A stretch of DNA of 32,000 bases, taken from contig DAIMYP010000003.1 of assembly GCA_036734445.1 (NCBI GenBank), forward strand, positions 63,854 through 95,853. Direction: 5' to 3'. A program made the position numbers and the translations under genes. Position 1 is the stretch's first letter; each line of letters opens with the position of its first letter. This document shows, one piece after another, positions 8,493 to 22,871 of this stretch. The DNA comes from Tannerellaceae bacterium (GTDB taxonomy: Bacteria; Bacteroidota; Bacteroidia; Bacteroidales; Tannerellaceae). The notes beneath the pieces were generated by a model. That model worked only from the letters and a program-made list of their open reading frames with translations, searched no databases and was not told the DNA's origin.

Positions 8493-10488
8493 CTTTGTAA
8501 AGTTCTTCATTTGAGAGATCTTTACCATAAGTAGCGTAATCCATCCGAAAATTGCAACCGTTTTTGTATTCTGAACAGCCATAGGCAGTTTTACCACGGA
8601 GAATCGTTCCTTTGTGACAGACTGGACAGAGCAAAATTGCTTTTGAAGCTTTTTTTGGCGAGGATTTTACTTTCTTTTGTTCTAGCTCTTTCCTTTCGAT
8701 AGTGATGCTATGTCTGCTTTGATCGGAAAGCACATTTTGTACTACCTGCTTAACCATCTGTTTTAATTCTTCCAAAAATAGAGGCGCTTCGTATTTACCT
8801 CTTTCTATTTGGCGCAGTTTTTTCTCCCAAAGTCCTGTCAGTTCGGCACTTTTGAGTAATTCTTCCTGAATGGTGCCAATAAGTTCGACACCAGTAGCTG
8901 TTGGATATAGATTCTTGCGCTCTTTGCGGATATAGTTGCGTTTGAATAGTGTTTCGATAATGGCAGCGCGTGTAGATGGACGACCTATGCCATTTTCTTT
9001 CAACGCATCGCGAAGTTCGTCATTATCAACAAGTTTCCCAGCAGTTTCCATTGCTCTCAGGAGCGTTGCTTCAGTGTATGGTTTCGGTGGTTGTGTCCAT
9101 TTTTCGGCCAATGATGGCTGATGAGGGCCGCTTTCGCCTTTGACAAAGGCTGGAAGGACACGTTCGTTGTTGTCTTCTTCGTCGTTATCGCTGTTCTTTT
9201 GTTCACTGCCGAAGATAATACGCCATCCTGGTTTAAGAATTTGCTTGCCATTGGTTTTGAAATCAACTTTGGCAGCCTTTCCCAGTACAGTCGTTGTCGA
9301 TATTTCACAGTCGGGGTAGAATGCAGCAATAAAACGTCGGGTTACCATGTCATACACTTTTTGTTCGTTCTCGGACAGTCCTCGAGGAGTAATTCCGGTT
9401 GGAATAATGGCATGATGGTCTGTGACTTTCGAATTGTCAAACACTCGTTTATCTTTGCGCAGTTTACCGGTCAGCAATGGCATAGTGAAGTTCGCATAAT
9501 TGGCCAATCCTTTGAGAATATTTGGGACCTTAGGATATATGTCGTCGCTCAAGTATGTAGTGTCGACACGTGGATAAGTAGTCACTTTTTTCTCGTATAA
9601 TGATTGAATCAGTTTCAGTGTATCGTCGGCTGTAAATGCATGTTTTTTATTGCATTCTACTTGCAGTGATGTCAAGTCGAAGAGACGGGGAGCATACTCT
9701 TTACCTTTCTTTTCAGAAATGTCGGTAACTGTGAAATCAGATTGTTTGATAGCTTCGAGAAACTGTTCGCCTTCTTCCTTAGAGGAAAACTTGCCTTTGC
9801 TTGCAGAAAATGTCGTGTCGCGATAAACTGTTTTTAGTTCCCAATAGGCTTCGGGCTTGAAGTTTTCGATTTCTGCTTGTCGATTGACAATTAGAGCGAG
9901 TGTTGGTGTCTGCACACGTCCGATGGAAAGTACTTGTTTATTTTGTCCATAACGAAGCGTGTACAGTCGTGTCGCATTCATGCCGAGCAGCCAATCTCCA
10001 ATAGCACGAGAAAGGCCTGCTTCGTAAAGCTTGTTGTAGTCTTTCTGATCTTTGAGACTTTTGAACCCTTCGCGGATAGATTCTTCGGTGAGCGAAGAAA
10101 TCCAAAGGCGATATACAGGGCATTTGCAGCCTGCTTTGAGCATCACCCAGCGTTGGATCAGTTCTCCTTCTTGTCCGGCATCACCGCAATTGATTACCAT
10201 TTCGGCATTTTGCATCAGTCCTTTGATGATTTCAAACTGTTGTTCATAGGTTGGATTGGATATCAGTTTGATGCTGAAACGGGGAGGAATCATCGGCAAG
10301 GAACTAAGGCTCCACCGTTTCCAGCTTTCGGTGTATTCCTGCGGTTCTTTTAATGTGCATAAATGGCCGTACGTCCAAGTCACTTGATATCCATTACCTT
10401 CGATATATCCTTTTTTTGACTGGGTCGCACCGAGTACTTCTGCAATTTCACGTGCTACACTGGGCTTTTCTGCAATACAAACTTTCAT
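8470..10488 (-). CDS. topB: DNA topoisomerase III (type IA) with a C-terminal zinc-ribbon
   Basis: N-terminal Toprim domain MKVCIAEKPSVAREIA. Type IA core motifs are present, including SIGRVQTPTLALIV, and a region TTYPRVDT that may carry the active-site Tyr. The C-terminal CPVCHKG...GCSEYKNGC is a zinc ribbon. The track start at 10494 is a TTG; ATG at 10488 is preferred. Confidence 0.9.
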   Translation of the reverse strand: MKVCIAEKPSVAREIAEVLGATQSKKGYIEGNGYQVTWTYGHLCTLKEPQEYTESWKRWSLSSLPMIPPRFSIKLISNPTYEQQFEIIKGLMQNAEMVINCGDAGQEGELIQRWVMLKAGCKCPVYRLWISSLTEESIREGFKSLKDQKDYNKLYEAGLSRAIGDWLLGMNATRLYTLRYGQNKQVLSIGRVQTPTLALIVNRQAEIENFKPEAYWELKTVYRDTTFSASKGKFSSKEEGEQFLEAIKQSDFTVTDISEKKGKEYAPRLFDLTSLQVECNKKHAFTADDTLKLIQSLYEKKVTTYPRVDTTYLSDDIYPKVPNILKGLANYANFTMPLLTGKLRKDKRVFDNSKVTDHHAIIPTGITPRGLSENEQKVYDMVTRRFIAAFYPDCEISTTTVLGKAAKVDFKTNGKQILKPGWRIIFGSEQKNSDNDEEDNNERVLPAFVKGESGPHQPSLAEKWTQPPKPYTEATLLRAMETAGKLVDNDELRDALKENGIGRPSTRAAIIETLFKRNYIRKERKNLYPTATGVELIGTIQEELLKSAELTGLWEKKLRQIERGKYEAPLFLEELKQMVKQVVQNVLSDQSRHSITIERKELEQKKVKSSPKKASKAILLCPVCHKGTILRGKTAYGCSEYKNGCNFRMDYATYGKDLSNEELYKVIQSMKK

Positions 10489-10516
10489 TCGCAAATTTTC
10501 TTCTCTAATGATACTG

Positions 10517-10524
10517 CAAAAGTA
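10517..10524 (-). promoter_or_regulatory. Bacteroidota -7 promoter box (TACTTTTG on the minus strand) for topB
   Basis: Exact TAnnTTTG match about 30 nt upstream of the topB ATG. Confidence 0.5.
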
Positions 10525-10537
10525 AACAATTTTTCAG

Positions 10538-10545
10538 TACTTTTG
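10538..10545 (+). promoter_or_regulatory. Bacteroidota -7 promoter box (TACTTTTG) for the ECF sigma factor gene
   Basis: Exact TAnnTTTG match 41 nt upstream of ATG 10586. It forms a perfect 9-bp inverted repeat with the topB box. Confidence 0.5.
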
Positions 10546-10585
10546 CTTCGATTAATCTAAGCAGACACGAATTACACATTTAACA

Positions 10586-11170
10586 ATGGATGAGGTCAAT
10601 CTAATTCGCGGATTAAAACAAGGTTCAAAGTCGGCATTTGATGCTATCTATGCGATGTATTTCAAACGCCTGTTTGTTTATTGTCTAAGGTTTACCAAAT
10701 CAAGTGAAGATGCAGAGGAAATAGTACAGGATGTTTTCCTTCGTTTATGGAATATTAGAGAATCGATTCAGCAAGAAGATACATTGCGTTCGCTTTTGTT
10801 TATTATTTCAAAAAATTATCTGATCAATGCTTTTCATAAAAATATTAATTCCCCAGTTTACGAAGATTATGTGAATTACCAAGAGCAGATTGCTGTTGAT
10901 AATATCAGTCGGATGGAATATGAGGAATTTGTACATCAGTTGAATCATGCAATGTCGCGATTACCCAAAACACAACAGCTGGTTATTGAACTTTCACGTT
11001 TTAAACAATTGTCGAATAAAGAAGTTGCTGAGCGGTTATCTTTGAGTGAACAGACGGTGAAGAATCAGCTGTCATTGGGGTTGAAGATGCTTCGCTCGTT
11101 ATTGGGAAATGCACCTATTATAGGGCTATTTTTTATTTTAAATGACCTTTTTCGGTACGTCGACAAATAA
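10586..11170 (+). CDS. ECF-type RNA polymerase sigma-70 factor
   Basis: 194 aa. Region 2 (AFDAIYAMYFKRLFVYCLRFTKSSEDAEEIVQDVFLRLW) and region 4 HTH (LSNKEVAERLSLSEQTVKNQLSLGLKMLR). It is followed directly by a FecR-type gene. Confidence 0.92.
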   Translation: MDEVNLIRGLKQGSKSAFDAIYAMYFKRLFVYCLRFTKSSEDAEEIVQDVFLRLWNIRESIQQEDTLRSLLFIISKNYLINAFHKNINSPVYEDYVNYQEQIAVDNISRMEYEEFVHQLNHAMSRLPKTQQLVIELSRFKQLSNKEVAERLSLSEQTVKNQLSLGLKMLRSLLGNAPIIGLFFILNDLFRYVDK

Positions 11171-11198
11171 TTATTGTCATTATTAGTAAAGAAGGAAT

Positions 11199-12173
11199 AT
11201 GAAAGACTTATATAAGAAATATGTAACGGATCACTTGACACATCAAGAACTTGAAATGCTGAAGAATACAGATCCTTCCATTTTAGATCGAGAACTTGAG
11301 CGATTCATGGAAGAGGAGTGGCAGAGTGATATGTTGGATTCATCAAATGTCTCCGAGGAACTGATGGTTCGTGTCAAATCGCAATTGGATGAGAAGATTC
11401 AACTTCGACGTTTGAGCATGCCTCTTTATGTGAAAGTATTTGCTTGGGCTGCAGCAGTTTTATTGCCGTTGCTTATTCTTTCGACTTTTTATCTTTATCA
11501 TGAAAATCATCAGTTGGTTTCTGAAGAAATGGTTGTAGCTACAGGTTTGGGTGAACGGGCAACTATTACATTGCCTGATGCTACAAAAGTGACACTTAAT
11601 GCAGATTCGAAGTTGACCTATATTCCAAAGGTATATAATAAGAAAGAAAGAAAAATCAAGTTTTCAGGAGAAGGTTATTTCGAAGTTTCAAAAGATAAAG
11701 AACGTCCGTTCCTTATTGATGCAAAAGGATTAAATATTACTGTTCTTGGAACAACCTTTGATTTGTTAGTGAGGAATAATGAAAAAACGGCTGAATTATC
11801 TCTTGAATCAGGTAAAGTGATGTTTCGTTCGCTATTAAGCGGAAAATTTGTAATCTTGAATCCAAACCAAAAAGTCGTTCTTGATCAGTCGACTGGCAAT
11901 TTGGTGGTTATGAAAGACGAATCTCAATATGTGGCACCATGGAAACGAAATGAATTGGTATTTCGAAATGCTCCTTTGTCTTCAGTTCTTTCGAGCATAG
12001 AAAAAACGTATGGGGTACATATTGTTATGGGTTGTAAGGAATGTAATTCAGATTTGTTCACGGGAACTTTAGTGACAAATGATATTAATGGTGTATTGGA
12101 AGTAATTGAAGAAGCTTATCAGCTTAAGGCGGTAATGAACGGACATGAGATTTCTATCGTTAAAGTAAAATGA
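11199..12173 (+). CDS. FecR family anti-sigma factor (single-pass membrane sensor)
   Basis: 324 aa with a cytoplasmic N-terminus, one TM helix (VFAWAAAVLLPLLILSTFYLY), a periplasmic FecR domain (TLPDATKVTLNADSKLTY, GEGYFEVSKD) and a C-terminal DUF4974-like region. Confidence 0.9.
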   Translation: MKDLYKKYVTDHLTHQELEMLKNTDPSILDRELERFMEEEWQSDMLDSSNVSEELMVRVKSQLDEKIQLRRLSMPLYVKVFAWAAAVLLPLLILSTFYLYHENHQLVSEEMVVATGLGERATITLPDATKVTLNADSKLTYIPKVYNKKERKIKFSGEGYFEVSKDKERPFLIDAKGLNITVLGTTFDLLVRNNEKTAELSLESGKVMFRSLLSGKFVILNPNQKVVLDQSTGNLVVMKDESQYVAPWKRNELVFRNAPLSSVLSSIEKTYGVHIVMGCKECNSDLFTGTLVTNDINGVLEVIEEAYQLKAVMNGHEISIVKVK

Positions 12174-12192
12174 TATTTGTGTATTATCGGAG

Positions 12193-12227
12193 AACCATTT
12201 CTTTTCATCGATTAGAAATGGTTTTTT
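12193..12227 (+). terminator. intrinsic terminator after the anti-sigma gene
   Basis: Perfect 10-bp stem AACCATTTCT / AGAAATGGTT (12193-12202 and 12214-12223), an 11-nt loop, then a TTTT run. It begins 20 nt after the stop codon. Confidence 0.7.
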
Positions 12228-12336
12228 ATGTTATATAGCATATTATTTTTTCGGTACATGTTTAAAAAAGGCTTGTCTTTACCGTCAAAGATCTAACAAA
12301 GGTCACAATTCATTATTAACTTTAATTTTGAGTAAG

Positions 12337-15300
12337 ATGGATAAACATCGAAAAGTGAATTTTTTCGCAGTATTGTTCTTTTTGTCTTTATTCTGTTGCT
12401 TCAGCATTCAGGGACAAGAACAGAAAGTAGCAGTTAATTTGAAAAATGCTTCTTTGAAAGAAGTATTTAGTGTAATTGAGAAACAAACATCTTATCGTTT
12501 CTCGTATCGCAGTGCCGCTATTGATAACCGAAAGGATATCAATGTACAGAAAAGTGGTGTATCAGTTACAACGGTGCTTGATGAAGCTTTGAAAGGACGT
12601 GATTTGGAATACAAGATTGTCTCATCGAAGATGATTGTCATTTCAAATAAAGTCACCAATAAGGCTATACCTTTCACCAAGCAGAAGAGGGTCTCGGGTG
12701 TTATCACGGATACAAAAGGAGAACCGATAATTGGGGCAAATGTGGCTGTGAAAGGAACATCAAATGGTACTATTACGGATATTGACGGGAAGTTCGACAT
12801 CGAAGTTCCTGCCAATACCACATTGAAAATTTCATACATTGGCTATCAGCCTATGGAAATAAATATTGGCAACAAGAGTACGATAGATATAAAACTTTCT
12901 GAAGATACGCAGGCTTTGGATGAAATAGTTGTTGTTGGTTATGGTACGCAAAAAAAATCGGATGTTTCTGGTTCTGTAACGACCGTTTCGGGTGAAAAAC
13001 TTGCTAAAATTCCTACAGCCAATGCAGAAACTGCACTTCAGGGAATGGCTCCTGGTTTGTCAGTCAATTTCGGAAGTGGTTCGGCTGGATCGACAGGAAC
13101 CTTACAAGTGCGTGGTGTAACAACGTGGGGAACCGATAACTCGCCTTTGGTTATTATTGATGGTGTACCTGGGGATATGTCGTATTTGAATCCTGAAGAT
13201 ATTAAATCAATGTCTGTATTGAAAGATGCAGCAACAGCTGCTATTTATGGTGCACGGGCTGCCGCAGGTGTGATTTTGATTGAGACGAATAGAGGAACAG
13301 TACAAGCACCAAGAATCCAATTCTCAGCTTATTTAGGAATGGATGACTTGCCTAAACGTATGGAAGTCTGCAATTCTGCAGAATTTGTAAAAGTTCGCAA
13401 GATGGCTCTTTCAAATGCAGGAATAGCTGAAAGCCGTTGGCCGAAATATATTTCTGCATATGAGAAGGATCCTACTCAGTTCGCTGATACGGATTGGCAG
13501 AAGGAATACTACCGCAGAGGACTTACTCAAAAATATAATGTTGGTTATACGAGCGGTAATGAAGTGACAAATGTAGCACTTTCTACATTCTATTCAAAGA
13601 CCGATGCTATTGTCATTGGTACAGGTGATACAAAATATGGTTTCCGACTCAACTCAGATGTTAAGAGAGGCAACTTTAAAATGGGTGAATCTGTAAGCTA
13701 TAGTCGCTGGGAATCAGATTTAGAAGCCAGCTCTGGTTTTCCAAGCATGTATCAGGTAACAAATATAGAACCACTTGCTTTTGTTTATGATAAAAATAAC
13801 GATGGTGGATACGGTGGAGCTATTGCCGGAATGGGAATGTCGGATGCTGCAAACGTTGTAGGTTATAATAAACTTGTTGAAAACACAGCAGCTAATGACT
13901 ATATAGCAGCATCAGGTTATCTTCAGTACGAACCGATTAAAGATTTGGTTTTAAAATTCAAAGCAAGTCGAAATATTTATTTCGGAAGTTCAAGAAACTT
14001 TACTCCAACTTATGAATTGGGCGTGATGAAAGTAAATAATCGTGCATCATTATATGAAGAGCGGACAAAGACAATGAGCGATTTGTTGGAATTTACAGCC
14101 AATTGGAATAAAACTTTTCTACAGAAACATAGCGTACAAGCTCTATTTGGTATGTCACAGGAAGAAAATCGCTATGACGGCATCAATGCTTCAGGTAAAA
14201 AGTTTGAAAATAATGAAATGAGTTTACTAGGCCAGGCACAGGAGGATTTTGCCATTGGAGGAACTAAAACACGCAGTGGTTTACGGTCAGTGTTTGGACG
14301 TTTGAATTATAATTATTTGATGCGTTATATGATTATGGCCTCTTGCCGTTATGATGGTTCTTCACGTTTTGCCGATGGAAACAAATGGGGCGTTTTCCCG
14401 TCGGTCTCTGCCGGGTGGAATATCGCCAATGAGCCATTTTGGGGAAACATGAAAGAAACGGTTTCGACTTTAAAATTACGTTTGAGTTATGGTGGTTTGG
14501 GTAACCAGTCTATAGGTTTGTATAAATATATTCCTAAGTTGTCATCAAACACCGATTATTTGAATTATCCTTTTGGAGGGAAAGATGTTTCTTTAGGTTA
14601 TGCAATAACCGAGTTGCCATCATCTAACATTAAATGGGAGACGACTATTTATAAGAATGTAGGTATTGATGTAGGTCTTTGGAATAATAAACTTGAACTG
14701 TCAGCTGAAGCTTATATAAAGAATACAAAAGACATGCTTTCGACAAAGAATATTAGTCTTTGTACCGGATTTGGTTCATTAACGGTTAATGACGGAAAGC
14801 TGCGTACTACTGGTTTTGAAATGCAGGCAATTTATCATGGAAATGCAGGCAAGCTGAAATATGATCTGGATATGAATCTCACACATTATAAGAGTGTACT
14901 GAAGTCGATGGCCGATCCGAATTATCTTTATGAATATGGCGCTATGAGAACGTATGTCGGAGGCGAGATCGGTGAGTTCTGGGTAGTCAAGACCGATGGT
15001 ATTTTCCAAAGTGCACAAGAAGTAACTGAGTGGAACAAGATACATGGCTATTATGACAAGAATAACGAATGGCATGGTATGCAACCGTCAGCTAAACCGG
15101 GAGATATTAAATTTATTGACCAGAATGGCGATGGAATGTTGGATTCAAGTGATAAGGTGAAAGTGGGAAGTGGAACGCCAAAAGTAGCTTTGGCATTTAA
15201 TGTGAATCTGACCTATGGCGATTTTGATTTAGTAGCTAATTTCTATGGACATTTTGGTGTGAAACGTTATAATTATACCAAGTATCAGTTGCAGCGCATG

Positions 15301-15669
15301 GACCAAGTGTTTAATTATGGCAAGGATGCATTGAATGCATGGACTCCTGAGAATACCGATACCGATGTTCCGCGTGCCGTACAAGGCGATCCGAACAAAA
15401 ATAATCGCGTGTCGGACCGATATGTAGAGAATGGCGATTATTTGCGTCTGAATAATTTGCAGTTGGGTTATAATCTTCCTGCAAGTACTTGTCACAGCCT
15501 AGGCATTTCCAACTTACGTGTATATATTGGAGGTGAACGTTTGTTTACTATAACAGGATATAAGGGCTACGATCCTTCAACAGGTTCGACAGTTGGACGC
15601 ATCGGCTATGATTATGCTTCAACACCTCTGAGTCGTACCTATATGGCTGGCATCAAATTTAGTTTCTAA
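12337..15669 (+). CDS. SusC/RagA-family TonB-dependent outer-membrane transporter with an N-terminal STN (trans-envelope signalling) domain
   Basis: About 1110 aa. It has a signal peptide, an STN-like segment (VNLKNASLKEVFSVIEKQTSYRFSY), a carboxypeptidase-regulatory-like domain (VSGVITDTKGEPIIGANVAVKGTSNGTITDIDGKF), a plug (DEIVVVGYGTQKK) and a beta-barrel ending in a terminal F. The track start at 12328 is a TTG; ATG at 12337 is preferred. Confidence 0.95.
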   Translation: MDKHRKVNFFAVLFFLSLFCCFSIQGQEQKVAVNLKNASLKEVFSVIEKQTSYRFSYRSAAIDNRKDINVQKSGVSVTTVLDEALKGRDLEYKIVSSKMIVISNKVTNKAIPFTKQKRVSGVITDTKGEPIIGANVAVKGTSNGTITDIDGKFDIEVPANTTLKISYIGYQPMEINIGNKSTIDIKLSEDTQALDEIVVVGYGTQKKSDVSGSVTTVSGEKLAKIPTANAETALQGMAPGLSVNFGSGSAGSTGTLQVRGVTTWGTDNSPLVIIDGVPGDMSYLNPEDIKSMSVLKDAATAAIYGARAAAGVILIETNRGTVQAPRIQFSAYLGMDDLPKRMEVCNSAEFVKVRKMALSNAGIAESRWPKYISAYEKDPTQFADTDWQKEYYRRGLTQKYNVGYTSGNEVTNVALSTFYSKTDAIVIGTGDTKYGFRLNSDVKRGNFKMGESVSYSRWESDLEASSGFPSMYQVTNIEPLAFVYDKNNDGGYGGAIAGMGMSDAANVVGYNKLVENTAANDYIAASGYLQYEPIKDLVLKFKASRNIYFGSSRNFTPTYELGVMKVNNRASLYEERTKTMSDLLEFTANWNKTFLQKHSVQALFGMSQEENRYDGINASGKKFENNEMSLLGQAQEDFAIGGTKTRSGLRSVFGRLNYNYLMRYMIMASCRYDGSSRFADGNKWGVFPSVSAGWNIANEPFWGNMKETVSTLKLRLSYGGLGNQSIGLYKYIPKLSSNTDYLNYPFGGKDVSLGYAITELPSSNIKWETTIYKNVGIDVGLWNNKLELSAEAYIKNTKDMLSTKNISLCTGFGSLTVNDGKLRTTGFEMQAIYHGNAGKLKYDLDMNLTHYKSVLKSMADPNYLYEYGAMRTYVGGEIGEFWVVKTDGIFQSAQEVTEWNKIHGYYDKNNEWHGMQPSAKPGDIKFIDQNGDGMLDSSDKVKVGSGTPKVALAFNVNLTYGDFDLVANFYGHFGVKRYNYTKYQLQRMDQVFNYGKDALNAWTPENTDTDVPRAVQGDPNKNNRVSDRYVENGDYLRLNNLQLGYNLPASTCHSLGISNLRVYIGGERLFTITGYKGYDPSTGSTVGRIGYDYASTPLSRTYMAGIKFSF

Positions 15670-15687
15670 CATTAAAAAGTAAGCAAA

Positions 15688-17220
15688 ATGAAAATAAAGA
15701 ATATCATATTAAGTACAGCTGTTTTATCGAATCTGCTTTTAGCATCCTGTACAGGCTCATTCCTCGATGAGGATAGAAACCCGAATTCACTTTCTCCAAA
15801 TATATTTTGGAAAAGTGAGGCAGATATAATGAAAGGGCTTACAAGTGCGTATGCTTATATGCAGCCGAACGTAGATTGGGCAATTCCATATGAAAGATAT
15901 ATTGTAATAGACAACTACAGGAGCGACGAGATTGATTTTCGTGCCGATGTTAGTTCATGGATGAGCATTGCAATGTTTACAAATGATCCCACAAATTCGG
16001 TTACCGAAACGGAATGGACAAATTTGTATACAGGTATCAATTATGCAAATCAGTGCATTGATAATATTCCAAATGTGCCTGATGATGACTCAAAGTTGGG
16101 TGATGTCAAGAAGCAGGCTCTTGCTGAAGCTCGTTTCCTACGTGCCTATTATTATTATCGCCTTTATTTGAACTTTGGCGAGAATGTACCTATTTACACG
16201 CATGAACTAAAAGGAACAGATGAGGAATTTTATCCTAAACAGGCTACCAACGGCGAACTGGTCAGCTTTATTGAGTCTGAATTGAAGGATATTCAGTCAG
16301 ATCTTCCTGAAAAGTATACGTCAGAAAGCGACGGAGGACGCATAACGCGTTATGCAGCTGCAGCTGTACTTGGTAAGTTTTATATGTTCCGTCACGAAAC
16401 AGCGAAAGCTGAACAGGAATTCAAAAAATTGATTGGAAAATACGAACTGATGGATAACTATGCAGATAACTTCGACGGACTGCATAAGAATAATAAAGAA
16501 TCGGTACTTGAAGTTCAGTTTACTGGTAATATGACAGGCGGCCATTATGAATACAATTTATTCGCTATTCATTTAGCTCCGTTCTCGGCTTATGATGGTG
16601 GTTATGAAGAAGCATATCCCTCGAATTGGCTTTTTGATTTGATGAAGACAGATAAGACAGTTGATGGGAAATATAGCCCTCGAACGTTGGCAACCATAAT
16701 TTTTGACGATCCTGATTGTCGCCCTTCTTATTATGAGGATGGCAAATCGTTCTCTGATTATCATGAACCGGGACAATTCTTCTGGCATAAATATGTAACA
16801 TGGGATAAATCCTTAAGTTCTGACTGGTATTACAGCGGATATAATGTGACATTAATTCGTTATGCCGACATTCTGTTGCTTTATGCGGAATGTTTGAACG
16901 ACAGGGGTGCAACGTCTGAAGCTATTCGATATATTAATCAGGTTCGTAATCGTGTTAATGTACCAGAACTGCCTGTATCTATGTCTAAAGATCAGGTCTT
17001 GAAACATTTGCAGGATGTTGAACGTCCATGCGAGCTGGCATTAGAAGGTGATCGCTGGTATGACTTGATTCGTTGGAATATTGTTGGAACTACTTTGACC
17101 TCTCATAAGAAACCTTACGTAGAAAACTATGTAGACAGTAAACACAAATTGTTCCCTATTCCTCATAAGGAATTCTTGATGAATCCAACGTGGGAACAGA
17201 ATCCAAATTTCAGTAAATAA
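15688..17220 (+). CDS. SusD/RagB-family outer-membrane lipoprotein (glycan-binding partner of SusC)
   Basis: 510 aa with a lipoprotein signal (LLASCTGSF) and TPR-like SusD motifs (EARFLRAYYYYRLYLNFG, IRYADILLLYAECLN, ERPCELALEGDRWYDLIRW). It starts 18 nt after susC. Confidence 0.95.
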   Translation: MKIKNIILSTAVLSNLLLASCTGSFLDEDRNPNSLSPNIFWKSEADIMKGLTSAYAYMQPNVDWAIPYERYIVIDNYRSDEIDFRADVSSWMSIAMFTNDPTNSVTETEWTNLYTGINYANQCIDNIPNVPDDDSKLGDVKKQALAEARFLRAYYYYRLYLNFGENVPIYTHELKGTDEEFYPKQATNGELVSFIESELKDIQSDLPEKYTSESDGGRITRYAAAAVLGKFYMFRHETAKAEQEFKKLIGKYELMDNYADNFDGLHKNNKESVLEVQFTGNMTGGHYEYNLFAIHLAPFSAYDGGYEEAYPSNWLFDLMKTDKTVDGKYSPRTLATIIFDDPDCRPSYYEDGKSFSDYHEPGQFFWHKYVTWDKSLSSDWYYSGYNVTLIRYADILLLYAECLNDRGATSEAIRYINQVRNRVNVPELPVSMSKDQVLKHLQDVERPCELALEGDRWYDLIRWNIVGTTLTSHKKPYVENYVDSKHKLFPIPHKEFLMNPTWEQNPNFSK

Positions 17221-17268
17221 AGCTTTTTATCAGGATTTCTTTTTTATATAGATATTTCTATAACTATT

Positions 17269-17291
17269 CTCCGGAAAACTATTTTCCGGAG
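17269..17291 (+). terminator. perfect 10-bp hairpin between susD and the first hydrolase gene (possible partial terminator or attenuator)
   Basis: CTCCGGAAAA-cta-TTTTCCGGAG. There is no strong downstream T-run, so it may be a leaky terminator or an RNA-stability element. Confidence 0.4.
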
Positions 17292-17318
17292 AAAGTTTTA
17301 AATCACTTATTTAAATGT

Positions 17319-22567
<5,249 letters not shown>

Positions 22568-22759
22568 AAATAAAATGTTTAGGAAGGGTTGATTTATAAA
22601 AGCGTTTTTGTTCCCTTCCAAAATTTGTAGTAGAGTGTAAACGCCGTGTTATTTTATCTCTGAAGTTCGGATGATTGAAAAACGCGGCGTAATTTTATTA
22701 TTTATGTTCGAATAGTATGAAAACTCCGCTTTGCTACTCCATTAGAATTGATATAATAC

Positions 22760-22815
22760 AAAAACGCGTTTTGCTTTCGAAGCCTGATATCAGGCAGAAA
22801 GAAAACGCGTTTTTT
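22760..22815. terminator. long composite hairpin, probable bidirectional intrinsic terminator (GH36 on the minus strand, lacZ-type gene on the plus strand)
   Basis: An outer ~18-bp stem (AAAACGCGTTTTGCTTTC pairing with GAAAGAAAACGCGTTTT, one bulged G) encloses the 14-bp palindrome GCCTGATATCAGGC. T-runs follow the structure on both strands. It lies 57 nt beyond the GH36 stop. Confidence 0.65.
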
Positions 22816-22871
22816 ATATAGTGATAAATATGAAATCCTATTGCACCTCAAGACTGATTGCCCGTCGATGT

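Noticed and set aside
8470-10488. Topoisomerase III as a marker of an integrated conjugative element (CTnDOT Exc is a Topo III homologue)
   Set aside because: No integrase, excisionase, tra/mob genes, relaxase or attachment-site repeats flank it. Its neighbours are housekeeping genes (fabG, rluA-like) and a PUL. I treat it as chromosomal topB.
11148-11158. 11-mer TTTTTCGGTAC, also present at 12247-12257 upstream of susC, considered as a shared ECF promoter element
   Set aside because: By my rough estimate, roughly a hundred chance 11-mer matches are expected in a 32-kb window. The first copy lies inside the sigma coding region. There is no consistent -35/-10 spacing.
22717-22821. 34-codon ORF (MKTPLCYSIRIDIIQKRVLLSKPDIRQKENAFFI) in the lacZ-type/GH36 spacer
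   Set aside because: It reads straight through the long terminator hairpin and has no promoter box or start context. It is most likely a fortuitous frame.
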